Shown: in pieces, positions 45,557 through 55,038 of the stretch
How positions within the stretch are numbered: position 1 is the first letter of the stretch
Layout: the number at the start of each line of letters is the position of its first letter
IMG/VR virus record: IMGVR_UViG_3300031857_009768
Reading direction: 5' to 3' (one strand)
Source of the DNA: an uncultured virus (IMG/VR IMGVR_UViG_3300031857_009768)
Taxonomy: Duplodnaviria; Heunggongvirae; Uroviricota; Caudoviricetes
Length of the DNA stretch: 64,000 nt
Translations under genes and position numbers: made by a program
Notes under the pieces: model-generated
Told to the model about the DNA's origin: nothing
Database searches by the model: none
Seen by the model: the letters and a program-made list of their open reading frames with translations, nothing else

Positions 45557-47259
45557 TTCACCATCCTTGAAAAGTTTTTAATTTTCTCAAACCGAATTGT
45601 ATTTGCAAATTTATCTTGTAATATGTCGCCCTTATGGCTGATGACAAACAAATTCGCATCTTCAAGTGAATGTAATATTTTCATCAAGTCTTCCGTACCA
45701 CTTGTGTCCAGACTTGAATCAAACACTTCATCAAGTATCAATAGATTGGTATTGGTGGAGTTCTTTAGTTTTGCAACTGCTCTCCATGTCAACATCAATG
45801 CCATATCGATACGCTGTTTCTCACCCTCTGAAAAGTTGTGGTAAGAAAATTCATCACGGTGCCTAGACTTGATTGTTTCTTTAAACGATTCATCAAGATT
45901 AAAGTTTACAAAGAAGTCCATACTTGTTAGATACTTATTCACCAATTTGTTCATCACCGGCAAATATTGTTTGATAATATTTGTTTTGATGCCGGTGTCT
46001 TTCAACAATGATGAAGCGACATCGTAGTACGCTTTATCATCTAGTAACTGCTTCAGTTCATCTTGCGCTTGTTCAACATCTTTTTTGATGGTATTTAATT
46101 CATTCACATCAACGTTTTCTTTAGGCTGTTGTATTTGTTTGATTTGTTTTTCTAGTTTGGTAATTGAATCATTCAAACCTTTTACACTAGTTTGTGTTGT
46201 TGCCAATTGAATACGGACATTTGATAACTCTTTTTCTTTTCCACGCAGTTCAGCAACAATACTTTCTTGCTCTATGATTTTTACTTGTAGTTCGGTGAGA
46301 CCACCAGAAAGTTCTTCTTCTTTTGTGTGAAGTTCATTGAGTTGTTCTTCTTTAAACCCCAGGGTAATGGCTTGCCTACAGGTTGGGCAATCAGCATTGT
46401 GTTCATAGAAACTTCTATCATCTCCCACTTTGGATATTTTGCTCTCAATTTGTGACTCAATTTTTTTAAGCGCAGTAATCTTCTTTTCATTTTCAGGAAT
46501 TTTAGCACAGACTTCGGATAAGGTCTGCTTGGTTTGTTCCAAGCTGTCAATGTCATCATGTAAGGTGCGTATGGTTTCTCTGTGCAGAAGTATCTCTTCC
46601 TCATATTCTTTTACCTTTGCTTCATTATCCTGATTGAGTTTGTCCTGATGCTCTTTCTTCAGATCATATTTCTGAATCAACAAAGATATATCATTCTTTT
46701 TCGCTACTGTCAGGTCTTTATTGTTAGACAATCTTCCTTTAATTAAACTATTCATCGTAGAGAAGATTTGAATGTCCAACAAGTCTTCAATAATTGCACG
46801 ACGATCAGCAGCAGACAACTGCATGAACGGTGTAAAGGATGCTGAACCAAGAATAACAATCTGTGTGAAAGACTTATAGTTTAGTTTGAGAATGAATCTT
46901 TCCAGATAGTCTTGATAATCTCTTACAGCCGCATCTTGATTCAACAAAACATTATCTTGATAGATTTCAAAAATGTTTGGCTTGATACCCCGAATAATCT
47001 TAAACTCTTTATTGCCAATTGAAAACTCTATCTCAACTACAGCATCTCTATTGTTAATAGAGTTTATAAGGTTTGGTTTGTTAATTGCACGGAAAGGTTT
47101 ACCAAACAAACCAAAGCATAATGCGTCAAGCATCGTTGACTTACCTGAGCCGTTTGTGCCTACAATCAGTGTATTAGCAGCACTGTTGAGTGTCATCTCT
47201 GTAAAGTAGTTACCGGTACTTAACAGATTCTTCCAACGTAAAGTTTTAAATAATATCAT
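45553..47259 (-). CDS. gp46: Recombination ATPase (Rad50/SbcC-like)
   Basis: GTNGSGKS, CPTC zinc hook, FSEGE, LILDEVFD. Confidence 0.96.
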   Translation of the reverse strand: MILFKTLRWKNLLSTGNYFTEMTLNSAANTLIVGTNGSGKSTMLDALCFGLFGKPFRAINKPNLINSINNRDAVVEIEFSIGNKEFKIIRGIKPNIFEIYQDNVLLNQDAAVRDYQDYLERFILKLNYKSFTQIVILGSASFTPFMQLSAADRRAIIEDLLDIQIFSTMNSLIKGRLSNNKDLTVAKKNDISLLIQKYDLKKEHQDKLNQDNEAKVKEYEEEILLHRETIRTLHDDIDSLEQTKQTLSEVCAKIPENEKKITALKKIESQIESKISKVGDDRSFYEHNADCPTCRQAITLGFKEEQLNELHTKEEELSGGLTELQVKIIEQESIVAELRGKEKELSNVRIQLATTQTSVKGLNDSITKLEKQIKQIQQPKENVDVNELNTIKKDVEQAQDELKQLLDDKAYYDVASSLLKDTGIKTNIIKQYLPVMNKLVNKYLTSMDFFVNFNLDESFKETIKSRHRDEFSYHNFSEGEKQRIDMALMLTWRAVAKLKNSTNTNLLILDEVFDSSLDTSGTEDLMKILHSLEDANLFVISHKGDILQDKFANTIRFEKIKNFSRMVK

Positions 47260-48332
47260 TCAGTTGTGGTATTCAATGCTTCAACATAGAGTTCCTGCAT
47301 AATTCTTTTTAGTTTATCAGGTTCTACATTGATTGTCAAGTTGTCGATATACTTGGAAAGTATTGTCATGGTATCTTCCGCTTGATCAATCAATTCTTCA
47401 TCATTGTCATTTGTAATGTCGGTAAAGTCTTCTACAATTGATATATCGGCAGCACCCGCTTTGTATATGCTGTCGATTACAATGTCAAACAAAAATGGAT
47501 TTAGTTTATTAACCACCACTACTTTGACATAGCATCCTTCATAGATCGAATAGTCCATGAATGTGGGTTTATAACCTTCAGCGAAATGTTCTAATTCATC
47601 ATTGTAATTCAACTTATGAAACATTCTATATGGATTTTTAACAAACTCTTGCTCACGTGTATGTGTGTCAAAGATAACAAAACCACGTGGATCATTGTAA
47701 TCTGCCCATGTCATTTCATTTGGTGAACCGACATAGTAGATGTGTCCATCATCAGAACGATGATGAAAGTGACCAGACAAAACTACATCATACTTGTTGA
47801 ACAACGATTTGTCGGTGCCTTCGTGGCAAATGTTACCACGATCCATTTCAAATCCTGCTATCTCAAAATGCCCAAAAGCAATTTGTGATTTAGAGTCTTT
47901 TATTTTTTGAAGAGTTTCAACTTCGTTGTCATCACAGATCCAAGGTACCAGATCAACATCAATGCCCCCAAACTGCATTGTAGTAAAAGTATCCAATACA
48001 GTAATATTATCATATCCGTTTAGGAGTAATGAGGAGGAATTAACCTGAAGGGTGTTTTTGAACGCAACGTCGTGGTTACCAAGAAATGTGATGAGCGTGA
48101 TACCATTTTGTTGTAGTTTATCAAAGAAATATTTACGACATAGATAGAGTGAATTGAAGTTAATAAACTTACGGCGGTCGAAAAGATCACCAAGTTGTAC
48201 AACGGTTGTAACATTGTGATCCTTTAGATACGGAAAGAAAACGTTCTCGTAGAACTTCTCTATGTATTTATGAAAGTCTAAAGAATCACCCCTCATACCG
48301 AAGTGAGTATCACCAAGCACACATATTTTCAT
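47256..48332 (-). CDS. gp47: Recombination nuclease (Mre11/SbcD-like)
   Basis: GDTHFG, GDLFD, GNHD, GHFH. Confidence 0.96.
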   Translation of the reverse strand: MKICVLGDTHFGMRGDSLDFHKYIEKFYENVFFPYLKDHNVTTVVQLGDLFDRRKFINFNSLYLCRKYFFDKLQQNGITLITFLGNHDVAFKNTLQVNSSSLLLNGYDNITVLDTFTTMQFGGIDVDLVPWICDDNEVETLQKIKDSKSQIAFGHFEIAGFEMDRGNICHEGTDKSLFNKYDVVLSGHFHHRSDDGHIYYVGSPNEMTWADYNDPRGFVIFDTHTREQEFVKNPYRMFHKLNYNDELEHFAEGYKPTFMDYSIYEGCYVKVVVVNKLNPFLFDIVIDSIYKAGAADISIVEDFTDITNDNDEELIDQAEDTMTILSKYIDNLTINVEPDKLKRIMQELYVEALNTTTE

Positions 48333-48336
48333 AATA

Positions 48337-48876
48337 CTATTCTACATCATCATCTAAAAATTGTTCAAGACCTTCTGACTTCTTTTCCTTTTTCTTTTTC
48401 TTATTTTCCTCAAAGTTATAAATGAACTCTGAGATGTTGTCATATAACTCAAACTGTTTCATATTGCCGTTTTCATCTTCATACATCTCACCCTCATCAA
48501 GTAAACCAAACTGTTGTGTTGCTTTATATTTTACATACAGTTGCTTCTTCTCACGCATAATTCTACGCAGAAAAGCATAGTAAATTATCTGTGTGAAGTA
48601 AGCAAATGGATTCTTTGATTTGGCTGGATCAAAGTTACGGAAATACATCAGACAGTTTTCAACACCATCAGATATCATCTCATCACGATAAGTGTAAGAA
48701 ATAAAGTTTGGCTTACGTGATAAGTGTTCAGCAATCTTTAGAAAGCATTCACCAATATAATCTGGTATCTTTGGTTCTGGTTTATTTTCTTCTTTAGCAG
48801 CAGCACATTCTGTCCGATACTTGACAAGTGCCGCTAGAAAATCTGCGTTATTGACGTAGTGATTTGATGTTGCCAT
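48337..48876 (-). CDS. gp55: Late transcription sigma factor
   Basis: HYVNN, YIGECFLKIA, NPFAYFTQIIYYAFLRRI. Confidence 0.96.
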   Translation of the reverse strand: MATSNHYVNNADFLAALVKYRTECAAAKEENKPEPKIPDYIGECFLKIAEHLSRKPNFISYTYRDEMISDGVENCLMYFRNFDPAKSKNPFAYFTQIIYYAFLRRIMREKKQLYVKYKATQQFGLLDEGEMYEDENGNMKQFELYDNISEFIYNFEENKKKKKEKKSEGLEQFLDDDVE

Positions 48877-49808
48877 TATACATTACCGTAAATATTATTC
48901 TTCAAGTATGTATAACCCTTGATGAGTTCTTCTACACCATTATCTAGTGTGTAGTAAGGCATCCAACCAGTTGCTTCTAATTTTTCATTTGAAACAATGT
49001 AATTACGCTGATCTGGATCTTTCTTGATATCACCTTCTACAACTGTGAAAGTAGGAATATGCTTCTTGATAATGTCACAGAGTTCTAGTTTAGACACGTT
49101 TGCTGATGACAAGCCTACGTTGTAAATGTTGCCCTTCATTTCTTCAAACTGATACATCGCATGTAGGAATGCTTCACACACATCACGCACATGAATGTAG
49201 TTACGTTTGAAGTGTCCTTCAAAGATAATCACATAACCATCGTTGACAGCACGATAAACTAAATCATTTACTAGCAAGTCTGTACGCATACGTGGCGACA
49301 TACCAAACACAGTAGCCAGACGATAACTAATTGAGTTCTCACGTTCCATCAACCGTTGTTCTACAGCAACTTTATCAATAGCATATTTTGAGATTGGTCG
49401 TAATGGTGAATCTTCCGTACAGAAATTGTTTTCATCACCTGTGCCATATGCTGAATTGGTTGTGGGCATGATGATACGCTGTTCATTTGAAACAGCATTC
49501 AACATCCAAAACATCGCATCTTTGTTTGTTGTATCAGCACCGACAACATCTTTGTTACACAGTGGCGCACCAACAAGGGCAGCAAGAGGTATGATCACAT
49601 CTGCTTTTTTTAACAGAGGATTCATGTGATGTGGATTACGAATGTCACCATTCACAATTGTGAGATTTTTGTTTTCACAGAGATGATTTAGTCCAATTTG
49701 TTTATACATGAAGTTGTCAATGATAGTCACTTCATGACCCATCTGTAACAAATACTCTGTCAAAATACAGCCAATATAGCCAGCACCACCAGTCACTAAT
49801 ATATTCAT
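48876..49808 (-). CDS. NAD-dependent NDP-sugar epimerase/dehydratase/reductase (extended SDR)
   Basis: TGGAGYIG, YAIDK, RLATVFG, RNYIHVRD. Confidence 0.9.
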   Translation of the reverse strand: MNILVTGGAGYIGCILTEYLLQMGHEVTIIDNFMYKQIGLNHLCENKNLTIVNGDIRNPHHMNPLLKKADVIIPLAALVGAPLCNKDVVGADTTNKDAMFWMLNAVSNEQRIIMPTTNSAYGTGDENNFCTEDSPLRPISKYAIDKVAVEQRLMERENSISYRLATVFGMSPRMRTDLLVNDLVYRAVNDGYVIIFEGHFKRNYIHVRDVCEAFLHAMYQFEEMKGNIYNVGLSSANVSKLELCDIIKKHIPTFTVVEGDIKKDPDQRNYIVSNEKLEATGWMPYYTLDNGVEELIKGYTYLKNNIYGNV

Positions 49809-49809
49809 A

Positions 49810-50985
49810 TTACACCCTATTCAATACGCTTGTGATTTCATCAATTGCTAGTTTACTTAATGTTGGATAATTGCCAATATAGAACGAATAAAAATGCATG
49901 TGATCAGTATTCGGATAGTTTCTATAATGATCTTTAGGCACAATATTTTTTAGATACGGTTGACGCAGTTGATTACCACCACCTGCTGATCCACGGCGAA
50001 ACTCAATTCCCTCATCACGCATTTTACCTATTAATCTTTTCACAAAAAACTCTGTGCAATAGTCATGTTGCAAAACAATGTTAAAGGCGTAATTGCTACA
50101 GCCGATCAACCTAAAGTCAACTTTGTATTTCTTCTGGTCCAGTTTAGACAAGAAATAAAATAGATTCTCATTTCGTAGTCTAACATTTTCATCCAAATAT
50201 TTCAACTGGTTTTGACCAAGTATACCGCCAATCTCATTGTTACGCATATTGTATGCTGGATAGGCAAAGATAAAGTCGGAGTTCAACTCTGGATACTCTG
50301 CTTTATACTTTTCGGACATTTCTTCTGAAGCACACTCACGAACCATGCCATGTGAACGAAGCATACGAACTGTGTGATAAACTTCAGGATCATTTGTACA
50401 CACCATACCACCTTCAATGGTAGACATGTGATGAGCAAAGTAGAATGAGAAGTTGGACATCCAACCATAACTGCCCAACAATTTACCATTGTGTGTTGCA
50501 CCATGTGATTCACACACATCTTCAATCAAAGGTATGCTACGATGACGGAGAACTTCCAATACTCTGTCAGATAAACAATCAAAACCTTGAGCATATGTAA
50601 TGAACACCGCACGTGTTTTATCAGTGATCGCATTGAGTATTCCAAACTCATTCATGCCTAGTGTATCTAAATCAATATCAACAAATACTGGTGTGAAGCC
50701 ACATTGAATGATAGATGCGATATCAGATACCCATGTGAATGGTGGCACAATCACTTCACCACCTTCCGGATGTTTGATCTTTAGCATTGTCATTGACAAT
50801 AGATTAGCAGAAGCACCTGAGTTGACAAATACAGAATATTTTACACCAAGCCATTTGCTCCATGCTTCTTCAAAAGCACGACACTCTGGTCCGTTTGTAA
50901 GTTTAGGATTATCTTTTTTGAGATGTTCTATTACCAAATCTAAATCTTCTCTAGTAATATTGTCTGACATTAAAGGATACTTCAT
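49810..50985 (-). CDS. DegT-family PLP enzyme, ColD/RfbH-type NDP-4-keto-sugar 3-dehydratase
   Basis: NSGASAN, EDVCESHG, SFYFAHHMSTIEGG (His at the usual Schiff-base Lys position). Confidence 0.85.
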   Translation of the reverse strand: MKYPLMSDNITREDLDLVIEHLKKDNPKLTNGPECRAFEEAWSKWLGVKYSVFVNSGASANLLSMTMLKIKHPEGGEVIVPPFTWVSDIASIIQCGFTPVFVDIDLDTLGMNEFGILNAITDKTRAVFITYAQGFDCLSDRVLEVLRHRSIPLIEDVCESHGATHNGKLLGSYGWMSNFSFYFAHHMSTIEGGMVCTNDPEVYHTVRMLRSHGMVRECASEEMSEKYKAEYPELNSDFIFAYPAYNMRNNEIGGILGQNQLKYLDENVRLRNENLFYFLSKLDQKKYKVDFRLIGCSNYAFNIVLQHDYCTEFFVKRLIGKMRDEGIEFRRGSAGGGNQLRQPYLKNIVPKDHYRNYPNTDHMHFYSFYIGNYPTLSKLAIDEITSVLNRV

Positions 50986-50987
50986 GA

Positions 50988-51971
50988 TTACTCCATAATA
51001 ATTTTTGAACCTTCAAAATCAAACTTGAAGGGAACCCATACATTGATTTCTGGTATTGCTTGTTTTATTTTTTCATGTGCGTCTGGTGGAGCAAGAAACA
51101 TAAAGAATCCACCACCACCTGCACCCATCAACTTACCACCATATGCGCCAGCATCGATTGCTTTGTTGTATATTGTATCTATGTAATCAGTTGTAACACT
51201 ATCAGTAAGTTGGCGTTTACGATTCCATTGGTACTTCAACAATTCGCCTATCTCTTTTATTTTACCATGACTTTCAAAAATATGCAATGCTGTTTCGGTA
51301 ATTGTTGTGATTTCTTCAAGAAGTTTTTTAGACTTACCTTCTTTAATGGCATCAATTTGTTGTTTAGCATGAACGTTCGAGAATCTATCAATACCAGAAA
51401 AGCCTAACATGATGTGATCTTCTAAGTCAAGAACGTAATCGTCTTTGATTCTTAGATCACGAACATTCATATTTGCGCCAGAAAGTTCAATCACACGAAT
51501 GCCACCATACGCTGCCATAATTTGATCTTGAACACCGACAGATTCACCAATATAGTTTTGTTCTATATTGATAGCATCAAGTGCTAGATCATGAGGTGTA
51601 GGCAACTTGCCCTGTGCTGTAAGTATAGCATGAATCAGTCCAACAGTAAACGAAGAAGATGATCCAATACCAGAACGAGCAGGCAAATCACCATCGTGAG
51701 TAATAGAAATTCCATTAAGTATACCATAGTATTTTAAACACTCCCTTACAGAAGGATGATCTATATGTGAAATATCATTGACACTTTCTATTTTTGAGTA
51801 GATAACTCTGTTCACATAATCAAAATAGGGCGGCAATTTTTTTAAATTTATATAGCAGTAATGCGCCATTGCGGCAGAAATTACTTTACTCTGCCTTGAC
51901 TGAAACCAATCTGGATAATCTGTACCACCACCAAACAGAGAAAGACGATAAGGAGTTTTAGATATAATCAT
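50988..51971 (-). CDS. GHMP sugar kinase, HddA-like (heptose-7-phosphate kinase family)
   Basis: TPYRLSLFGGGTD, PARSGIGSSSS, GVQDQ, KLMGAGGGGF. Confidence 0.88.
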   Translation of the reverse strand: MIISKTPYRLSLFGGGTDYPDWFQSRQSKVISAAMAHYCYINLKKLPPYFDYVNRVIYSKIESVNDISHIDHPSVRECLKYYGILNGISITHDGDLPARSGIGSSSSFTVGLIHAILTAQGKLPTPHDLALDAINIEQNYIGESVGVQDQIMAAYGGIRVIELSGANMNVRDLRIKDDYVLDLEDHIMLGFSGIDRFSNVHAKQQIDAIKEGKSKKLLEEITTITETALHIFESHGKIKEIGELLKYQWNRKRQLTDSVTTDYIDTIYNKAIDAGAYGGKLMGAGGGGFFMFLAPPDAHEKIKQAIPEINVWVPFKFDFEGSKIIME

Positions 51972-52498
51972 TTTTCGTTATAATAATCACCATACTCAAC
52001 AAGCAGAGTTGCTTTACCATCTGTTCTTAGATATGCGCTACAGTATGCATTGAAGATTTGTCTCGGCTCTTCAAGTCTGACTATATCAATGTTCGGACAC
52101 ATCATTCTGTATGCTTCTGTATAATCGCCAACGTGTTGATGTTGTGGATGTAAAGGTCTTTCTGAACCAATACTTGTTCGTATAATCATTCTCGGTTTGT
52201 AATCAGACATTCTCTTTATCTTATCAACATGATTCACAAGTTGATTCGTTGCACAGATCAAAAAATTCCAACGTGGAAAAATGCTCACGGGTATATAACC
52301 TGCAAGTGCAAGTCCAAGTGTCATGCCCATTTGAGTGTCTTCAAACACGGGCATTTCAATCAGTTTTTCTTTTGGCACATCTTTCAATGTATTTGACATT
52401 GCTGTGCCAGCATACTCTACAGCTTGGCCTATAAAGACAACACGTGGGTCTTTTGCAAGCATATCCATTGATGCTTTTAGTTCGTCAAAGTATTTCAA
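51968..52498 (-). CDS. Truncated E1-beta/transketolase pyrimidine-binding domain protein
   Basis: IEMPVFED..MG...GLALAG..PV, NQLVN, HPQHQH; 176 aa. Confidence 0.82.
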   Translation of the reverse strand: MKYFDELKASMDMLAKDPRVVFIGQAVEYAGTAMSNTLKDVPKEKLIEMPVFEDTQMGMTLGLALAGYIPVSIFPRWNFLICATNQLVNHVDKIKRMSDYKPRMIIRTSIGSERPLHPQHQHVGDYTEAYRMMCPNIDIVRLEEPRQIFNAYCSAYLRTDGKATLLVEYGDYYNEK

Positions 52499-53094
52499 AA
52501 TTGTACCCTCACTCCAGCACCAGCATGTGGATATTTGGTTTCATATTCATAGTAATAGATGTATTCATTCTCGACATTTGTGTATGATGATTCTTCTACA
52601 CCCCAAGTTTTTGCTGTATCAGTGCAAACAGATTTACCATTGTCTTCAACAATAAATTTAATAGGCAGTTCTTGTTGCATGGAGTATTTAAAATTCTCCA
52701 TAAAAATACCTGATTCAGCAGTCATATCACCAACAAAGCAATAGACTTTTGTATCAATCTTTTTTCTCTTCATAGCCATCGCCGCACCAACAGCAATTGG
52801 TATGTTACCACCAACAATCGCTGTTGAATAGATGTTGTATTCAGGATAGCACAATGAAATTGATTTACCTTCTAGTATATCTTTTTCCAATTGTTCTGGT
52901 GGTACACCTTTGAGTAAACATTGATAGTGTGAACGCCATGAACAAAACACCCAATCTTTTGAACGAATGTTTTTGAATATTTTAATCATTTCATTTTCAT
53001 TGCCGTAGTAAAGATGAATAGGCGCACGAATACGACCATTATTAAAATGATCTGCCATCTTTTCTTCGAATGCTATAAGTTCTTGCTTAGTCAC
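52495..53094 (-). CDS. Truncated E1-alpha-like ThDP-binding protein
   Basis: IHLYYGNE, WRSH, AIVGG, GDMTAESG...EDN; 199 aa. Confidence 0.85.
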   Translation of the reverse strand: MTKQELIAFEEKMADHFNNGRIRAPIHLYYGNENEMIKIFKNIRSKDWVFCSWRSHYQCLLKGVPPEQLEKDILEGKSISLCYPEYNIYSTAIVGGNIPIAVGAAMAMKRKKIDTKVYCFVGDMTAESGIFMENFKYSMQQELPIKFIVEDNGKSVCTDTAKTWGVEESSYTNVENEYIYYYEYETKYPHAGAGVRVQF

Positions 53095-54607
53095 CTAGTA
53101 TCTTCCTCTTCAATTTAATCTTTGACATTTCTTGAATGTTTTGTCTTGACTGTATTCCAAATTTATTCTCAACAAGATTTAGAAATGGCTCATGTGAAAA
53201 GTATTTGTGCCATGCTTCATCACGAAACTTTAAAACTTCAGCGCCACTCAATGCTTTTGTACGCAGTGGTTTACAATCGTATGATAGGAAAGCAAACTCT
53301 TCAAATGTCTCTGGTAAGTCCCAACCATTGTTGACTGCTTCCATATATAATGGACTGCCTGGTAATGCCATTGCGGCGTAGAAGTTAGCGTGTTCACAAT
53401 TTAACTCTAGTGCAAGGTCGAGTGTTTCTTGCATGGTTTCTTGCGTATCTTCTGGAAAACCAAACATATAATTACCTAGTACACTGATACCAGCATCTTT
53501 AATGTCTTGTACAACTTCACGAATATCAACTTGTTTAAATCGACCTTTGTCAATCTCTAAACGAACTTGTGGATTGCCTGCTTCAATACCAAGTGCTAGC
53601 CAATTAACACCTGCTTCTTTGAACAATTCTAGTTGATCTTTACGCACAGAGTCAACACGTGCGTATGCCCAAAAGTTGAAATCCATACCACGTTGTTTGA
53701 TACCTTCAAGAATTGGTATGTAATATTTCTTGTTCAGAAAGAACATCTCATCAGTCAGCCGCACTGTACGAACACCATTCTCATACAAATACTCAAACTC
53801 TTTGAGCATCAACTCAGGTGACCAGAAACGCATACCACGTGAATCTGATGATACTGTTCCTTGTTCGTATGATGTACGATTCACAATATTGATCATACAG
53901 AAGTTACAACCAAATGAACAACCCAGTGATGTTGAGATAGCAGCAAATGGTGTACGATCTTCATCTAAGAAATTTGTGTGCCAATAATGAGCCCGATACT
54001 TGTCTAGTAATTTTCTTTTCTTTGGTAACAAGTCCCAAGCATAACCGGGCATCACACGATCCATGTCTTCTGTTTTTACAATCTCACCTGGAGCACCTGT
54101 AGCAGCAAAACCATGCTTCTTGTAAACAAGACCACGAACTTTGTCTAGATGATCTTTGTAATTCGTTTGAAGCAAGTCTAATAGACCATATACACCTTCG
54201 TTGATGAATACGAAATCAACATATGGCAAACCAATTACATCATATGGTAGTGCTGAAGCATGTGATCCAATGAATACGATTTTGATTGAAGGTCGAATGA
54301 GTTTGAGTTGTCTTGCTAGTCTTGATGCACCAATCATCATTGTGGTGCCTGAGTTTGGATTTTGTCCGTAAAGAACAAAGACTGCTATATCTGTGTTGGT
54401 ACCAGAAATTCGGTGTGCGGCATGTTCAATGTCTGGTGATGGATCAGCATCAAAATCTAAAATACAAGGATCATGACCTTCTACACGAACAGCATTTGCT
54501 AGAAGCAATGCCCATGTTGGTGGCTCGATAGCCGAATACTTATTAGATAGTGCTTGATATGCTTGAGCAGCACTGCTTGGTATCACAAATGTCACCACTT
54601 TTGACAT
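53087..54607 (-). CDS. Cobalamin-binding radical SAM enzyme
   Basis: N-terminal B12-binding-like domain (GSHASALP, VFINEG), CSFGCNFC, GIEAG, MFGFP, ALPGSPLY. Confidence 0.88.
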   Translation of the reverse strand: MSKVVTFVIPSSAAQAYQALSNKYSAIEPPTWALLLANAVRVEGHDPCILDFDADPSPDIEHAAHRISGTNTDIAVFVLYGQNPNSGTTMMIGASRLARQLKLIRPSIKIVFIGSHASALPYDVIGLPYVDFVFINEGVYGLLDLLQTNYKDHLDKVRGLVYKKHGFAATGAPGEIVKTEDMDRVMPGYAWDLLPKKRKLLDKYRAHYWHTNFLDEDRTPFAAISTSLGCSFGCNFCMINIVNRTSYEQGTVSSDSRGMRFWSPELMLKEFEYLYENGVRTVRLTDEMFFLNKKYYIPILEGIKQRGMDFNFWAYARVDSVRKDQLELFKEAGVNWLALGIEAGNPQVRLEIDKGRFKQVDIREVVQDIKDAGISVLGNYMFGFPEDTQETMQETLDLALELNCEHANFYAAMALPGSPLYMEAVNNGWDLPETFEEFAFLSYDCKPLRTKALSGAEVLKFRDEAWHKYFSHEPFLNLVENKFGIQSRQNIQEMSKIKLKRKILGD

Positions 54608-54621
54608 AACAAAATTTCCTA

Positions 54622-55038
54622 TTAATGTAGTTTTCTATTCTTCATATCGTGAATGTCTTGAATTATTTCTTCCATAATTTTTTGCTGAGTGTCTTCTTCT
54701 TCACTTTCTTGCTCTTCTAGAAGATTGTCAATCATCTTATCTGAATCTGACATTTCTTCAATTGTACGCTCAACAAGTTTATCATAGTACCTTATCATTG
54801 ATTCTTTTGGTTCAACAACAGTTACTATATCAGAATAATAAATCATCGCAGAGTTCTCTTTGATCAATTCGACTGGCAACCAAGGCATCATCATCATGAC
54901 CGTCTGACCTGTAGGCAATCGACGAAAGACAATACGCATAGGATCATTGATTTGTATTTGATCAGATTCGCCATCTTCTAACATAGAAGCCATGATATCT
55001 TCACCAGATTGCATTCTTATAAGTTTAACGTTATGCAT
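54622..55038 (-). CDS. Conserved T4-like hypothetical protein downstream of uvsW
   Basis: KLIRMQSGEDI...PW; acidic tail ending KLH. Confidence 0.65.
   Translation of the reverse strand: MHNVKLIRMQSGEDIMASMLEDGESDQIQINDPMRIVFRRLPTGQTVMMMMPWLPVELIKENSAMIYYSDIVTVVEPKESMIRYYDKLVERTIEEMSDSDKMIDNLLEEQESEEEDTQQKIMEEIIQDIHDMKNRKLH

Noticed and set aside
51968..53094. Pyruvate dehydrogenase auxiliary metabolic genes
   Set aside because: Subunits truncated, no E2/E3, embedded among sugar-nucleotide genes
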